The translations under genes and the position numbers were made by a program. Positions 28,459-38,567 of a stretch of 48,626 nucleotides of DNA are shown here, piece after piece; the first letter of the stretch is position 1, and the number at the start of each line of letters is the position of its first letter. The notes beneath the pieces were generated by a model. The model searched no databases, was not told where the DNA came from, and saw only the letters and a list, made by a program, of their open reading frames with translations. The stretch is from Rickettsiales bacterium (GTDB lineage: Bacteria; Pseudomonadota; Alphaproteobacteria; Methylaequorales; Methylaequoraceae): positions 1 to 48,626 of the forward strand of contig JAOOJU010000003.1 in the NCBI GenBank assembly GCA_028407765.1. Reading direction: 5' to 3'.

Positions 28459-29337
28459 GTCTGGTTGTTGCATATTATTTTGGGAGTGTGTGGCATTTAA
28501 AGTATTTACCAAAAGACAAGCAATGGTCATTGGGCCTACTCCACCTGGGACAGGAGTAATTAAAGATGCTTTATCAATGGCTTCTTTAAAGTCAACATCA
28601 CCCACTAATTTAGTTTTCCCGGCGATTTCCATTCTATTGATACCAACGTCAATAACTACACAGTCTTTCTTGATCCATGAACCTTTAACCATTTCTGGAA
28701 CTCCTACAGCAGCTACCAATATATCAGCCTCTTTACATATACTTTCAATGTTTTTTGTTCTCGAATGAACTATGGTTACAGTTGCATTCATTTTTAACAA
28801 TAAAGAAGCCATTGGCTTTCCTACTATGTTTGATCTGCCAACAATTACAGCATTTTTTCCAGATAGATCGTTATAAATCTTTTTGATCATTATACTACAA
28901 CCAAGGGGTGTGCAAGGCACAAGTGCATCTAAACCAGACCATAATTTTCCAACATTCATTGCATGAAAACCATCTACATCTTTTTCGGGTAAAATTTTAT
29001 CGAGGACTTTATCGGAATTAATATGATCTGGAAGAGGAAGTTGTACAAGAATACCATTCACATCTCTGTTTTTATTCAAAGAATCAACTATATTTAATAA
29101 ATCTTCTTCAGTAGTATCAATAGGAAGTCTATGTTCAAAAGATTTGAAACCAACCTCTTCAGTTTGTTTAATTTTATTTTTTACATAAACTTTACTTGCC
29201 GGATGTTCTCCAATGAGAACAACTGCTAATCCCGGAGTAATACCTGTTTTTTTTTTAAAGTCATCACCTAAAAGTTTTAGCTTACTTCTGATCTCACTAG
29301 CAAGTTTTTTTCCATCGATTATCTTTTCATTTTCCAT
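28438..29337 (-). CDS. folD: Bifunctional methylene-THF dehydrogenase/cyclohydrolase
   Basis: [42 protein letters not shown]. Confidence 0.98.
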   Translation of the reverse strand: MENEKIIDGKKLASEIRSKLKLLGDDFKKKTGITPGLAVVLIGEHPASKVYVKNKIKQTEEVGFKSFEHRLPIDTTEEDLLNIVDSLNKNRDVNGILVQLPLPDHINSDKVLDKILPEKDVDGFHAMNVGKLWSGLDALVPCTPLGCSIMIKKIYNDLSGKNAVIVGRSNIVGKPMASLLLKMNATVTIVHSRTKNIESICKEADILVAAVGVPEMVKGSWIKKDCVVIDVGINRMEIAGKTKLVGDVDFKEAIDKASLITPVPGGVGPMTIACLLVNTLNATHSQNNMQQPDLGSLLQ

Positions 29338-29339
29338 AT

Positions 29340-29618
29340 CTAAATACCATATTTCATTATTGATCTTTGAATTGTATCTACTATTATCAATAAAACAACT
29401 GGAGACAAATCTAAACTACCAAAAATGGGAATAATTTTTCTGATCTGAACTAATAATGGTTCTATCATTTTATATAAAGAGTCCATTATTATATTAATGA
29501 ATCTATTACTATCATTAATTATATTAAATGAAATAAAAATATTTATTAGTACATATGCTATGATTAAGTAACTGTAAACACCAAGAATTCTATATACAAA
29601 ATACCCTAAAATTGACAT
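29340..29618 (-). CDS. YggT family membrane protein
   Basis: EPLL..IRK.IP.FG.LDLSP; usual position upstream of folD. Confidence 0.92.
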   Translation of the reverse strand: MSILGYFVYRILGVYSYLIIAYVLINIFISFNIINDSNRFINIIMDSLYKMIEPLLVQIRKIIPIFGSLDLSPVVLLIIVDTIQRSIMKYGI

Positions 29619-29663
29619 TATATTAATATATATTTTTTTTAATCTTACTCAATAATTTCTTTT

Positions 29664-31097
29664 ATGAAAAATAAAGATGTCCAATTAGATTTTAATTTCT
29701 GTAGAAATCTAGATTTTCAAAAAAATCTAAATATCTCAACTATAAATGATTTTATATCCTTGATTTTTAAAAAAAATCAACTTGATTCATCTGTTATAAG
29801 AAAACATTTAAAATTCTTAATAATCGAACTTTTTTGTTGTTGGTATGAGGCTCAAGACCAATTCCTTGCAGTTTCTATGTCAAAAAGAGGTTACAGAGCA
29901 AAATCTAGATACAATCCAAATATGATCTCGTCTCATTGTATAAGTGCCATTAAATTATTGAGAAATAACAGTTTAATTGAATTTTATCCTGGCTTTTATG
30001 ATTATAAAAATGGATTTAGTAGACTCTCGAGGATAAAGGCGTCCAAAATACTGGTGAAAGAGTTTAAAAAAATTAATTTTAATATTTATGAAATATTAGA
30101 TTTAAAAAAAAGAGAAACTTTGATGTTATATGATAGAGAATCTAAACTGCAAGAATATGAAGACAATTTTGAAACACATGAGATTAGAGAAGTAGTTAGA
30201 AATTATAATAAGACATTAATCAAAACATTTTTTGATATTCCTAGTCTTGAAGACCCTTGTATTATAAGAGGAGACAATGCAAAAATACCTATTTCGCAAT
30301 TATGTATGATTTGTTCAAAAGACTATAGTATGAATTGGAGTTTGGGAGGAACTTTTTCAGGAAGTTGGTGGAATAAACTTGATATTAAATCAATATCATA
30401 TTTATCTCGACACATGCTGATAAATAATTCAGATACAAGTCACGTAGACCTATCAAATTTGTTTGTACATTTCTTATCAAAAAAAATAAGTATAAAAAAT
30501 TTAAATTTAAATTTTGACTTTTTTAGAAAAAGGATACAATTTATTTCTGAATTAGACCAACTTAATTATTTAATTTTAAAGGGTATAAATTCAAAAAATT
30601 TTTCCGGTTTTTTTAGATCTTTTTGTAATGATAAAAAAAAACTTGGTATAGAAAAAAAAATAACTAAACACGACTTACAAAACTTTATAGACTTAGTTGA
30701 AAGAACTAATAATCAAATTTTTAGAAGATTCTTTTCAAATTCTAATTTAAGTTGGGATATATTTGTTTCAAAAATTTTTTATGATTTGATGAGAAGTATA
30801 GGTACGACTAATATACCTTTAATTAAAGTTAAGGATAAGGTTTTTTTCCAAACAAAATTTGAAAAAAATATTATTGATAGATTAAGTGGTTGCTTAACAA
30901 AACTAATAGGAATTGATGATATTAATATAATTAGTAAAAAGTGTTTTAAATATGAATTCGAAAAGAAAAATTCCATACTCGATACATTTATTGGAAAAAA
31001 TCTGTCTTTTTCAAAAAGATATATTGAAAATAAGAAGAATTTTTTTAAATTAATAAAGACTAATAAAATTTTAATAAACCAAAGTTTAAAATATTAA
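29664..31097 (+). CDS. Hypothetical 477-aa protein, possibly a degenerate family-A-polymerase-fold protein
   Basis: Long ORF filling the gap between yggT and the cNMP gene. Segments SRYNP, GGTFSGSWW, INNSDTSHVDL and IPLIKVKDK resemble motifs of a mobile-element protein family (see findings). The ORF itself is well supported; the function is not. Confidence 0.5.
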   Translation: MKNKDVQLDFNFCRNLDFQKNLNISTINDFISLIFKKNQLDSSVIRKHLKFLIIELFCCWYEAQDQFLAVSMSKRGYRAKSRYNPNMISSHCISAIKLLRNNSLIEFYPGFYDYKNGFSRLSRIKASKILVKEFKKINFNIYEILDLKKRETLMLYDRESKLQEYEDNFETHEIREVVRNYNKTLIKTFFDIPSLEDPCIIRGDNAKIPISQLCMICSKDYSMNWSLGGTFSGSWWNKLDIKSISYLSRHMLINNSDTSHVDLSNLFVHFLSKKISIKNLNLNFDFFRKRIQFISELDQLNYLILKGINSKNFSGFFRSFCNDKKKLGIEKKITKHDLQNFIDLVERTNNQIFRRFFSNSNLSWDIFVSKIFYDLMRSIGTTNIPLIKVKDKVFFQTKFEKNIIDRLSGCLTKLIGIDDINIISKKCFKYEFEKKNSILDTFIGKNLSFSKRYIENKKNFFKLIKTNKILINQSLKY

Positions 31098-31098
31098 G

Positions 31099-31509
31099 AT
31101 GAGTAGTTATTCAAAATCAGGTCTGGAACAATTGAAATTTTCAAGAGGTTCCAAAATTTATTCAAAAGGTGAAAAAGCTTTTTTTGCGTATTATGTTCAT
31201 TCAGGAAAAGTAAATATTTATAGTCCTGGAGGTTTACTACTTGGGCAGATCGGTGAAGGGGAAATTTTTGGTGAAAGAGGACCTTCTTTGAGTGAAGCAA
31301 GATCTGTGACAGCTGAAGCCGCTTCAAACTGTATCTTATTTCCTATAAGCGAAAAAACAATAAAGGAAAAGATCGAAAAAGCTGATCCAGTTATAAGGGC
31401 TATGGTAAGAAGTTTATTAATTCGGCTTAATGATATGAATGTAAAAGGTGAAGATTTCTGGAGAAATCTAAACATCATGACTTCTTTGACAGAAAAAATA
31501 GATAAATGA
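31099..31509 (+). CDS. Stand-alone cyclic nucleotide-binding domain protein (no HTH)
   Basis: F..G..IY..GE....AY.V.SG.V.I, GEIFGE, RSVTA.A; 136 aa ending in a CRP-like C-helix. Confidence 0.9.
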   Translation: MSSYSKSGLEQLKFSRGSKIYSKGEKAFFAYYVHSGKVNIYSPGGLLLGQIGEGEIFGERGPSLSEARSVTAEAASNCILFPISEKTIKEKIEKADPVIRAMVRSLLIRLNDMNVKGEDFWRNLNIMTSLTEKIDK

Positions 31510-31527
31510 AACAATTTTTTAAAATAA

Positions 31528-32808
31528 CTAAAGTGTATTTTTTCCTTGTCTGTGAAGAGTATTATCTTCTCCATTAACTAAATTCCAAAACTGATCCATG
31601 TAATCTTTACCGAACCTATTAATTGAGAATTTTTTGTAGTTAAACTTTTCAGTAATATCCGGTTCATTTAGAATATTTTCCGCAATTGACTCTCCAAGTA
31701 GTGGTGAGTATTTCATAGCTTGTCCAGAACCCAAAATGTGAAATAGGTTTTTGTATTGACTATCATTTCCAAGAATAAATCTAAGATCAGGCGTTATGTC
31801 AAAAAAAGATCTATAACCATTAGAGTATACTGTATTATCAATATTAGAAAATCTTTTTCTCGCTATATCTTCATATGTTTTGATTTGATTATATGCTAAG
31901 CTTTGGTTCATAGGTTCATTTAAATACTCTCCGCCATTTACAGCACATAAATCATTAATGAAACTTTTTGCAATCTCGTATACTGAACGTTTTCTTGGCC
32001 TATGAGCATGGAGCTTATTTCCTCTCCATGATCTAAAATAACAAAGATTCACATAATCAGCTATTATGGGGTACTCATGTCTAATTTGTTTTGGACTTTC
32101 CATCCAATTTACAACGGAAACCGGTTCTATGGTTACTGGAATTTTAAGTCCTATTTTTTGGAAAAGTTGAGGGCTCCAAGCACCAACAGCATTAACAAAA
32201 TTTTTCGCAGAAAATTTTCCTTTATTAGTAATACATGTAGTAATATCGCTCGATTTATGAAGTATACTATCTACTTCCGTTTTTTCAAAAACATCTACTC
32301 CATTGAAATCTAATGCATCATAAATTGTGGATCTAAGGATACTTGGATCAATTTGAAGTGCTTCTGGCTCGAAATAATATGATTCATTCTCATTGACTAT
32401 AAGACTGTCACCACATAAATCTGATGCAATTACGTTGTCAATTTCTTTAAAAGAGACATTTATAGATTCCATACGTTTTGAAAGTTTATTCCACGCAATA
32501 TTCTTCCCGTCTTGATTTTTTTTTGCAATCCAAATGGCTCCAAATTGCTCCAAGTCCATATCTATTCCCCAAATGGATCCTAGGTTTTTCCATAGCTTAA
32601 TACTTTCGGTAGCCATTATTGATGCATCTTGATCTGCATTAGCTGCTCTAACTATGCCTGAGTGTCTTGATGACTCTGCTGCACATAGTACTGATTTATC
32701 AATCAAACAAACTTTCTCTTTTTTGTTTCGTTTATTTAATTTATGCTGTAAAGAAATAGCAGTTGATGCGCCTAAACAACCCCCACCGATAACTAAAGTA
32801 TGATACAT
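31528..32808 (-). CDS. FAD-dependent oxidoreductase, DAO/sarcosine oxidase beta-like; substrate unknown
   Basis: VIGGGCLGASTA, SSRHSGIVR, VNAVGAWS, FDITPD..FILG, GSGQAMKYSP.LGE.IA. Confidence 0.85.
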   Translation of the reverse strand: MYHTLVIGGGCLGASTAISLQHKLNKRNKKEKVCLIDKSVLCAAESSRHSGIVRAANADQDASIMATESIKLWKNLGSIWGIDMDLEQFGAIWIAKKNQDGKNIAWNKLSKRMESINVSFKEIDNVIASDLCGDSLIVNENESYYFEPEALQIDPSILRSTIYDALDFNGVDVFEKTEVDSILHKSSDITTCITNKGKFSAKNFVNAVGAWSPQLFQKIGLKIPVTIEPVSVVNWMESPKQIRHEYPIIADYVNLCYFRSWRGNKLHAHRPRKRSVYEIAKSFINDLCAVNGGEYLNEPMNQSLAYNQIKTYEDIARKRFSNIDNTVYSNGYRSFFDITPDLRFILGNDSQYKNLFHILGSGQAMKYSPLLGESIAENILNEPDITEKFNYKKFSINRFGKDYMDQFWNLVNGEDNTLHRQGKNTL

Positions 32809-32858
32809 TTTCTACCCCTCTGACAAAAATATGATATAAAAAAAAATAAATACAAGCT

Positions 32859-34256
32859 ATGAAAAAAATAGAAAATAATGAAATAATTGGCAAAGGATTT
32901 TATATCAATTTTGTAACAAATATTGATATAAAATTTGATATTTTAGATTTTTTTGATTTAGACCCAGAAAAATACCCATTTTTACTTGAGAGTGTTGCAA
33001 AAGGAAACGAAAGAGCAAGATATTCAATACTTTTTAGGAAACCAAATATAATTTTAGAAAAAATTGGTAACCATTCAAAAAACTTCCTGGAAGATCTGGA
33101 TAAAGAAATAGAAAGAAAAAAAATTTTCCAAGAGGACGTTACTATAAATGGAAAAAAAATTGAACTTCCATTTCTCGGTGGATGGTTTGTTTATTTAGGA
33201 TATGAATTAGTTATGGAAATTGAAAAATCACTTAAACTTCCGAATTCTCCTCATCAAATCCCAACTGCCTTTGCCGCAAGAGTAAGCGCTGCAATAATTT
33301 ATGATAAAATTGATAGAATTTTATTTTTTATAACTGAAGGTTCAAAGGAAATTGCTAAAGACATGGCAAAGGATTATGAAAGAATAAACAAGAAAGTCAT
33401 CAAAACTTTTTCCAAAAAGAAAATTGAAGTCACAAAAAAAGGAACAGATAAACAACATCAAGATGATATAAAAAAATGTATTGAATATATTTTTCAGGGA
33501 GAGATTTTTCAGGCAAATCTGTCCAGACTATGGGAGTTTAAAATTGATACCAATCTATCTGATTCTGACATATATAGAGAATTAAGGAAAACTAATCCTT
33601 CACCATTTTCGGGTTTATTGATGTTAAAGGAAGGATCAATCATTAGTTCCTCTCCTGAGAGATTAATAAGTGTAAAAGAAAATGTTGTAGAAACAAGACC
33701 TATCGCAGGAACAAGACCAAGAGGCAAAAGTGGAATTACGGATGTAGAGCTTTCTAGAGAATTAATAAGTTCAGAAAAAGAAAGAGCTGAACATTTGATG
33801 TTAGTTGATTTGGAAAGAAATGATATTGCCAGAGTTTGCGAAGCTGGATCAGTTAAAGTAGACGAAATGATGGTAGTAGAATCATACTCACATGTACATC
33901 ACATTGTTTCAAATATAAAAGGAAGACTAAAAAACTCAATGAAACCTGGAAAAATAATATCTGCGGTTTTTCCTGGTGGTACAATCACTGGATGTCCAAA
34001 AGTAAAGTGTATAGAAATTTTAGGTGACCTTGAAAAAATTGGAAGGGGACCATATACAGGATCTTTTGGTTATATTAACCATAATGGAGATCTTGATTTA
34101 AATATACTAATTAGAACTTTGGTACGTGAAGATAATAAGTTATCTTTAAGAGCAGGAGGTGGGATTGTTGCTGATTCAATTCCAGAGAAAGAAACGCTTG
34201 AAACAGAAGCAAAAGCAAATGCAATGTTAAAAGCATTACAGAATCTTCGTTTTTGA
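32859..34256 (+). CDS. pabB: Aminodeoxychorismate synthase component I (PabB/TrpE family)
   Basis: [55 protein letters not shown]; abuts pabC. Confidence 0.85.
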   Translation: MKKIENNEIIGKGFYINFVTNIDIKFDILDFFDLDPEKYPFLLESVAKGNERARYSILFRKPNIILEKIGNHSKNFLEDLDKEIERKKIFQEDVTINGKKIELPFLGGWFVYLGYELVMEIEKSLKLPNSPHQIPTAFAARVSAAIIYDKIDRILFFITEGSKEIAKDMAKDYERINKKVIKTFSKKKIEVTKKGTDKQHQDDIKKCIEYIFQGEIFQANLSRLWEFKIDTNLSDSDIYRELRKTNPSPFSGLLMLKEGSIISSSPERLISVKENVVETRPIAGTRPRGKSGITDVELSRELISSEKERAEHLMLVDLERNDIARVCEAGSVKVDEMMVVESYSHVHHIVSNIKGRLKNSMKPGKIISAVFPGGTITGCPKVKCIEILGDLEKIGRGPYTGSFGYINHNGDLDLNILIRTLVREDNKLSLRAGGGIVADSIPEKETLETEAKANAMLKALQNLRF

Positions 34257-35123
34257 ATGGAACCTATATCCTTAATAAATGGAAAGTTTAGTGATAAGAT
34301 CTCTGTTTTTGACAGAGGTCTATCATATGGAGATGGCTTTTTTGAGACAATGATTTGGAAAAAAACAAATAATCAAGATGTTTTTTTTGTTGAGTTTTGG
34401 AGAAGGCATTTAAAACGTTTAAGTAATGGTTGTAAAATGTTGGCTATAAATCTTCCGCCTGAAATTATTTTAGAGAAATACAAAGATAAGATAATTAAAA
34501 GGGCTATTAAATTAGGTTATCATTCCGGTGTTATTAAAATAATAGTTACAAGAGGTTCTGGAGGAAGAGGCTACAAATATGAAGAAAATATGATTCCAAC
34601 AATTATTCTTATAATTTCAGCAATGCCTATCTATTCAGAAAAGAACTTGTTAAAAGGCGTAAATGTAAAATTTTGTAAAACTAAAATGTCAAATAATATT
34701 AATATAGCAGGTTTTAAGCATTTAAATAGACTGGACTCGGTATTAGCACGGTCAGAGTGGACTGAAAAGGAAATTTTTGAAGGTTTAATAACTGATAGTC
34801 AGAATAATGTGATAGAGGGTACAATGACAAATGTTTTTGCTTTAACTAACAACATTCTCTACACTCCAATTATTAACGAGATTGGTATAAAGGGTATTAT
34901 GAGAGAAATAGTAATAGAAAAATTTAGTAATTATTTTAGAGATATAGTCCAATGTCAACTATCAAAGAAACAATTACTTAATTCGGAAAGTGTATTTTTA
35001 ACTAACTCTGTCATAAAGATAGTTCCAGTTAGGAATATACAGGGAAGAATATTTAGAATTGACGAAAGAATTAAAAAATTAATGAAATCCATAAACAGTG
35101 TAGATTTTTTAAAGGGCAATTAG
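34257..35123 (+). CDS. pabC: 4-amino-4-deoxychorismate lyase (class IV PLP enzyme)
   Basis: DRGLSYGDGFFETM, HL.RL, TRGSGGRGY, AG.KHLNRL..VLAR, EGTMTNVF, G.MR. Confidence 0.93.
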   Translation: MEPISLINGKFSDKISVFDRGLSYGDGFFETMIWKKTNNQDVFFVEFWRRHLKRLSNGCKMLAINLPPEIILEKYKDKIIKRAIKLGYHSGVIKIIVTRGSGGRGYKYEENMIPTIILIISAMPIYSEKNLLKGVNVKFCKTKMSNNINIAGFKHLNRLDSVLARSEWTEKEIFEGLITDSQNNVIEGTMTNVFALTNNILYTPIINEIGIKGIMREIVIEKFSNYFRDIVQCQLSKKQLLNSESVFLTNSVIKIVPVRNIQGRIFRIDERIKKLMKSINSVDFLKGN

Positions 35124-35125
35124 TT

Positions 35126-35725
35126 TTATCTTAACATTTCCAATTCTTTTATTATGTCCGGTTTAATATTTTTGGATTTTAAATTATCTATTAATTCTCT
35201 AAATTTTTCCTTGTTATCTGCATCAAAATAAAGTTGTGCTAAAAAAATTAAATTGTCAATGTCATTAGGATCTATTTGTCTAACTTTTTCTGAAATTTCT
35301 AGTGATTTAGTTAGATCATTATTATTTCTTTTAAAAAAGGCATATTCAGACAATAATTGAACATTTTCTGGTAACAACGCTAAAGCTTTGAGATAATATT
35401 TATTTGCTTTTTGTGTATATCCACTGAGCATGCATGTGCGAGCAAGAATCTTCCAACCCTCAGAGTCTTTTGGATTCTTGCTAAGCTCTTTTTCTAGAAA
35501 AAGTATTAATTTAGTGGTATCTAATTCAGAAGAGTTTTTTAGATCAATTGCTAACGAATCAGAATAACCAAATATTTCACTGTTACCTTTATAATTATAG
35601 ATAAGAAATAAAATTGAAATACTTATGAAGAAACTGATAAATATTTTTTTTTTATTTTTTCTGAATATATACCAGTTAAAAGAAAAGCATAAAATAATGC
35701 TAATCAAGAAAAATAGGATTTTCAT
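35126..35725 (-). CDS. Short CcmI/CycH-like TPR protein
   Basis: Two N-terminal TMs, Y...G, L..NP.D.EGW.ILAR TPR pattern; last gene of the ccm operon, overlapping ccmH. Confidence 0.75.
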   Translation of the reverse strand: MKILFFLISIILCFSFNWYIFRKNKKKIFISFFISISILFLIYNYKGNSEIFGYSDSLAIDLKNSSELDTTKLILFLEKELSKNPKDSEGWKILARTCMLSGYTQKANKYYLKALALLPENVQLLSEYAFFKRNNNDLTKSLEISEKVRQIDPNDIDNLIFLAQLYFDADNKEKFRELIDNLKSKNIKPDIIKELEMLR

Positions 35726-36111
35726 TTCTTTTTTTTCCTTCTAAAGAAGAAATAAATAAAGAAAGAAAACATGATAAAAGGAAAAGTCCACAGAAAAAGG
35801 GTGTCAATCCTTATGGGTGGTTTGTATAAAACATAGTCTCCATATTTAGAATGTATAAAAGATATTATCTGTTCATTAGTCTCTCCCTCTAATAACTTCT
35901 TTCTCACCAATAACCTCAAATCTCTTGCAATATCGGCATTAGAGTTATCGATATCTTCATTCTGGCAGACTAAGCACCTAAGTTCTTTGCTAATTTTTCT
36001 CGCTCTATCCTCTAAACTTTTATTTTTTAAAACTTCATCTGGTTCGATAGAATATCCAGGGTTAGAAAAAAAAGGAAAAAGCACTAATAGTAAAATAATC
36101 TTTTTATTCAT
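35722..36111 (-). CDS. ccmH: Cytochrome c biogenesis protein CcmH/CycL
   Basis: LRCLVCQN..I..SNA..A.DLR, YGDYVL..PP. Confidence 0.96.
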   Translation of the reverse strand: MNKKIILLLVLFPFFSNPGYSIEPDEVLKNKSLEDRARKISKELRCLVCQNEDIDNSNADIARDLRLLVRKKLLEGETNEQIISFIHSKYGDYVLYKPPIRIDTLFLWTFPFIMFSFFIYFFFRRKKKK

Positions 36112-36628
36112 TCTTAAGTTTATAAATTATTTTTTCAATTTTTTCCATGTCTCGGTCCATTATTGGGCCTAAATGTTTATGTCTAATTTTTCCTTTTTGA
36201 TCAACAATAAATGTTTCAGGCAAACCATATACTCCCCAGTCAATACTTACTAAACCGTCTGGGTCACTTATAATAGAATGAAAAGGATCTCCCAATTCAG
36301 ATAAAAATTTTTTTAAGTCATCGGGGTTATCCTTTTTATTTATACCTAAAACCAAAAGATTTTCATCAATTGAAAGTTCTTGTAATTGAGGATGTTCAAT
36401 TCTACAAGGAGGGCACCAAGATGCAAAAAAATTAATAATTTTAATTTTATCATTCTCAATAAGAGTCGTTTTATCAAATCCTTTTTTCGAAGCAATGTTA
36501 TGTGTCGAGAAAGAAGGTATTTCTTGATCTATCAGATTCGAAGGAATTTTTTTGGGATCTTTGTATAAACCATTAAAAAATATATAAAGTAAAAAGCATC
36601 CTGAAAAAAATAAAAAAAACTTTTTCAT
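36104..36628 (-). CDS. ccmG: Thiol:disulfide interchange protein CcmG/DsbE
   Basis: NFFASWCPPCRIEHP, DWGVYGLPETF. Start moved from 36700 to ATG 36628, overlapping the ccmF stop (ATGA). Confidence 0.94.
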   Translation of the reverse strand: MKKFFLFFSGCFLLYIFFNGLYKDPKKIPSNLIDQEIPSFSTHNIASKKGFDKTTLIENDKIKIINFFASWCPPCRIEHPQLQELSIDENLLVLGINKKDNPDDLKKFLSELGDPFHSIISDPDGLVSIDWGVYGLPETFIVDQKGKIRHKHLGPIMDRDMEKIEKIIYKLKNE

Positions 36629-38565
36629 TTTGACTTTTTTGAACTTAATAATGAAATAGTACCACCAGTTGACATAAATAAAACACCCAGCCAGATCCAT
36701 AAAACAAATGGATTATACCAAATCCTTGTTGTCCAAGATTTTGGGTAACTTGAATTCGTGTTTTTGTCACCTATTGCAACATAGATATCACCAAATATAG
36801 TGCTATGGATAGCTGCTTCTGTGGTTACTTGCTTTCCTGCATTGTAATATCTTTTTTCGGGATGAATTGACTTAATAAATTTATTATCTTTATACAATTT
36901 AAAGGAAGCAAAGTCAGATTCATAATTTTTAATCCGTTTATTTTCAACACCGATAAATTCTAATTGATAATTGTCTATACTAATTTTTTCCCCAAAGGAT
37001 TGAAATTGTATTTTCTCTTCCTTTAATATAGATCCTCCTGTTGCTCCTATTATTAGAAAAGCAACTCCAAGGTGAGCAATAGATTGTGATAAAACTTTTT
37101 TTGGTATTCTCCAAAATTTAAAAAGATTATTTCTAGATCTAATTTTAATTTGACTAAATAATTCAAAAATAGAACCAGTAATGAGCCAAATAGCAAATGT
37201 AAAAGAAACTATTGCAAGCACTGGACCTTTATTTTGAAAATACCAAAAGCATAATGAAATAATAAAAATCATTAAAAGAAAAACTTTTAATCTCTTCATT
37301 AGTTGGTAGAAGTCATCTTTTCCCCACTTTAAGAAAGGACCAAAAATCATTCCTAGAACTAAGGGAAAAATAAAAGGTAAAATTACAGAATTAAAGAAGG
37401 GAGCTCCGACCGAGATTTTTTTATTGAACAAAACATCAGAGACCAATGGGTAAATAGTACCAATAAATATAGTTCCAGTAATAGTAACCATAAAAATATT
37501 ATTTAGTGATATTGCACCTTCTCGCGATAGTGGCTCAATGAATTTATTTTTATTGAAATTTTCTGAGTTTTTGAAAAAAATATATAAACCAAAACCACAA
37601 ATTATTGCTAGCAGTAAAAGAATAAAAAGTCCTCTTCCAGGATCATTTGCAAAAGCATGGACTGAAACTAATACTCCAGAACGTACTAAGAAAGTTCCAA
37701 GAAGACTTAAAGAGAAAGTTATTATTGCGAGAAGTAATGTCCAAGATATTAGTGAATCTTTTTTTTCTGCAACAATCACTGAATGAAGTAATGCAGTACC
37801 AGTCAGCCATGGCAGTAAAGAAGCATTTTCTACCGGATCCCAAAACCAGAAACCTCCCCAACCAAGTTCATAATAAGCCCACCAACTACCAAGGCCAATT
37901 CCACAAGTTAAAAATGTCCAGGATAAATAGATCCAAGGCTTCATAATAGTAATAAATTCTTTTGTGATTTTCTTTTTTATTAAGGCTCCAACTGCCATAG
38001 AATATACAATAGAAAACCCAACATATCCTAAATATAAAAAAGGTGGATGAATAGCTAAACCTGGATCTTGCAATAAAGGATTTAAATCTTTTCCTTCAAT
38101 TTGAGGAGGAAAAATTCTATCAAACGGATTAGATGTTAAAATAATAAATAAACTTATCAGAAAACAGAGACTTCCTTGAATAATAAGAATTATTTTCTTA
38201 AGCTCAGAATCTTTGATGTTGCTTTTAGACAGTAAATAATTAAAGAATGTCATCACTAACAACCATAAAAGGATAGATCCTTCGTGGTTTCCCCACACAC
38301 CAGTAATTTTGTATAATAAAGGTAACTCGCTATTAGAGTTTTGAGAGGTGATTAAAAGAGAGAAGTCAGACACAATAAAACTATAAGTAAGACAAAGAAA
38401 AGACAGTAAAGTCACAAAAAAAGTGGTATTTGCAAGTTTCATATAAATATCAAGATCGTCAAAAAATTTATAATTAAAAATATTTTGACTTAATGGTTGG
38501 AAAAGTTGAAAAAAACTGAATATCATTGAAAATACAAGAAATATTAAACCAAGTTCTGCAATCAT
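36625..38565 (-). CDS. ccmF: Heme lyase CcmF
   Basis: WGNHEGS, IHPPFLYLGY, WGGFWFWDPVENAS, SVHAFA.DP. Confidence 0.98.
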   Translation of the reverse strand: MIAELGLIFLVFSMIFSFFQLFQPLSQNIFNYKFFDDLDIYMKLANTTFFVTLLSFLCLTYSFIVSDFSLLITSQNSNSELPLLYKITGVWGNHEGSILLWLLVMTFFNYLLSKSNIKDSELKKIILIIQGSLCFLISLFIILTSNPFDRIFPPQIEGKDLNPLLQDPGLAIHPPFLYLGYVGFSIVYSMAVGALIKKKITKEFITIMKPWIYLSWTFLTCGIGLGSWWAYYELGWGGFWFWDPVENASLLPWLTGTALLHSVIVAEKKDSLISWTLLLAIITFSLSLLGTFLVRSGVLVSVHAFANDPGRGLFILLLLAIICGFGLYIFFKNSENFNKNKFIEPLSREGAISLNNIFMVTITGTIFIGTIYPLVSDVLFNKKISVGAPFFNSVILPFIFPLVLGMIFGPFLKWGKDDFYQLMKRLKVFLLMIFIISLCFWYFQNKGPVLAIVSFTFAIWLITGSIFELFSQIKIRSRNNLFKFWRIPKKVLSQSIAHLGVAFLIIGATGGSILKEEKIQFQSFGEKISIDNYQLEFIGVENKRIKNYESDFASFKLYKDNKFIKSIHPEKRYYNAGKQVTTEAAIHSTIFGDIYVAIGDKNTNSSYPKSWTTRIWYNPFVLWIWLGVLFMSTGGTISLLSSKKSK

Positions 38566-38567
38566 AG

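Noticed and set aside
29619-31527. Genomic island or prophage remnant around the 477-aa gene
   Set aside because: No integrase, tRNA, flanking direct repeats or evident composition shift; spacers are minimal.
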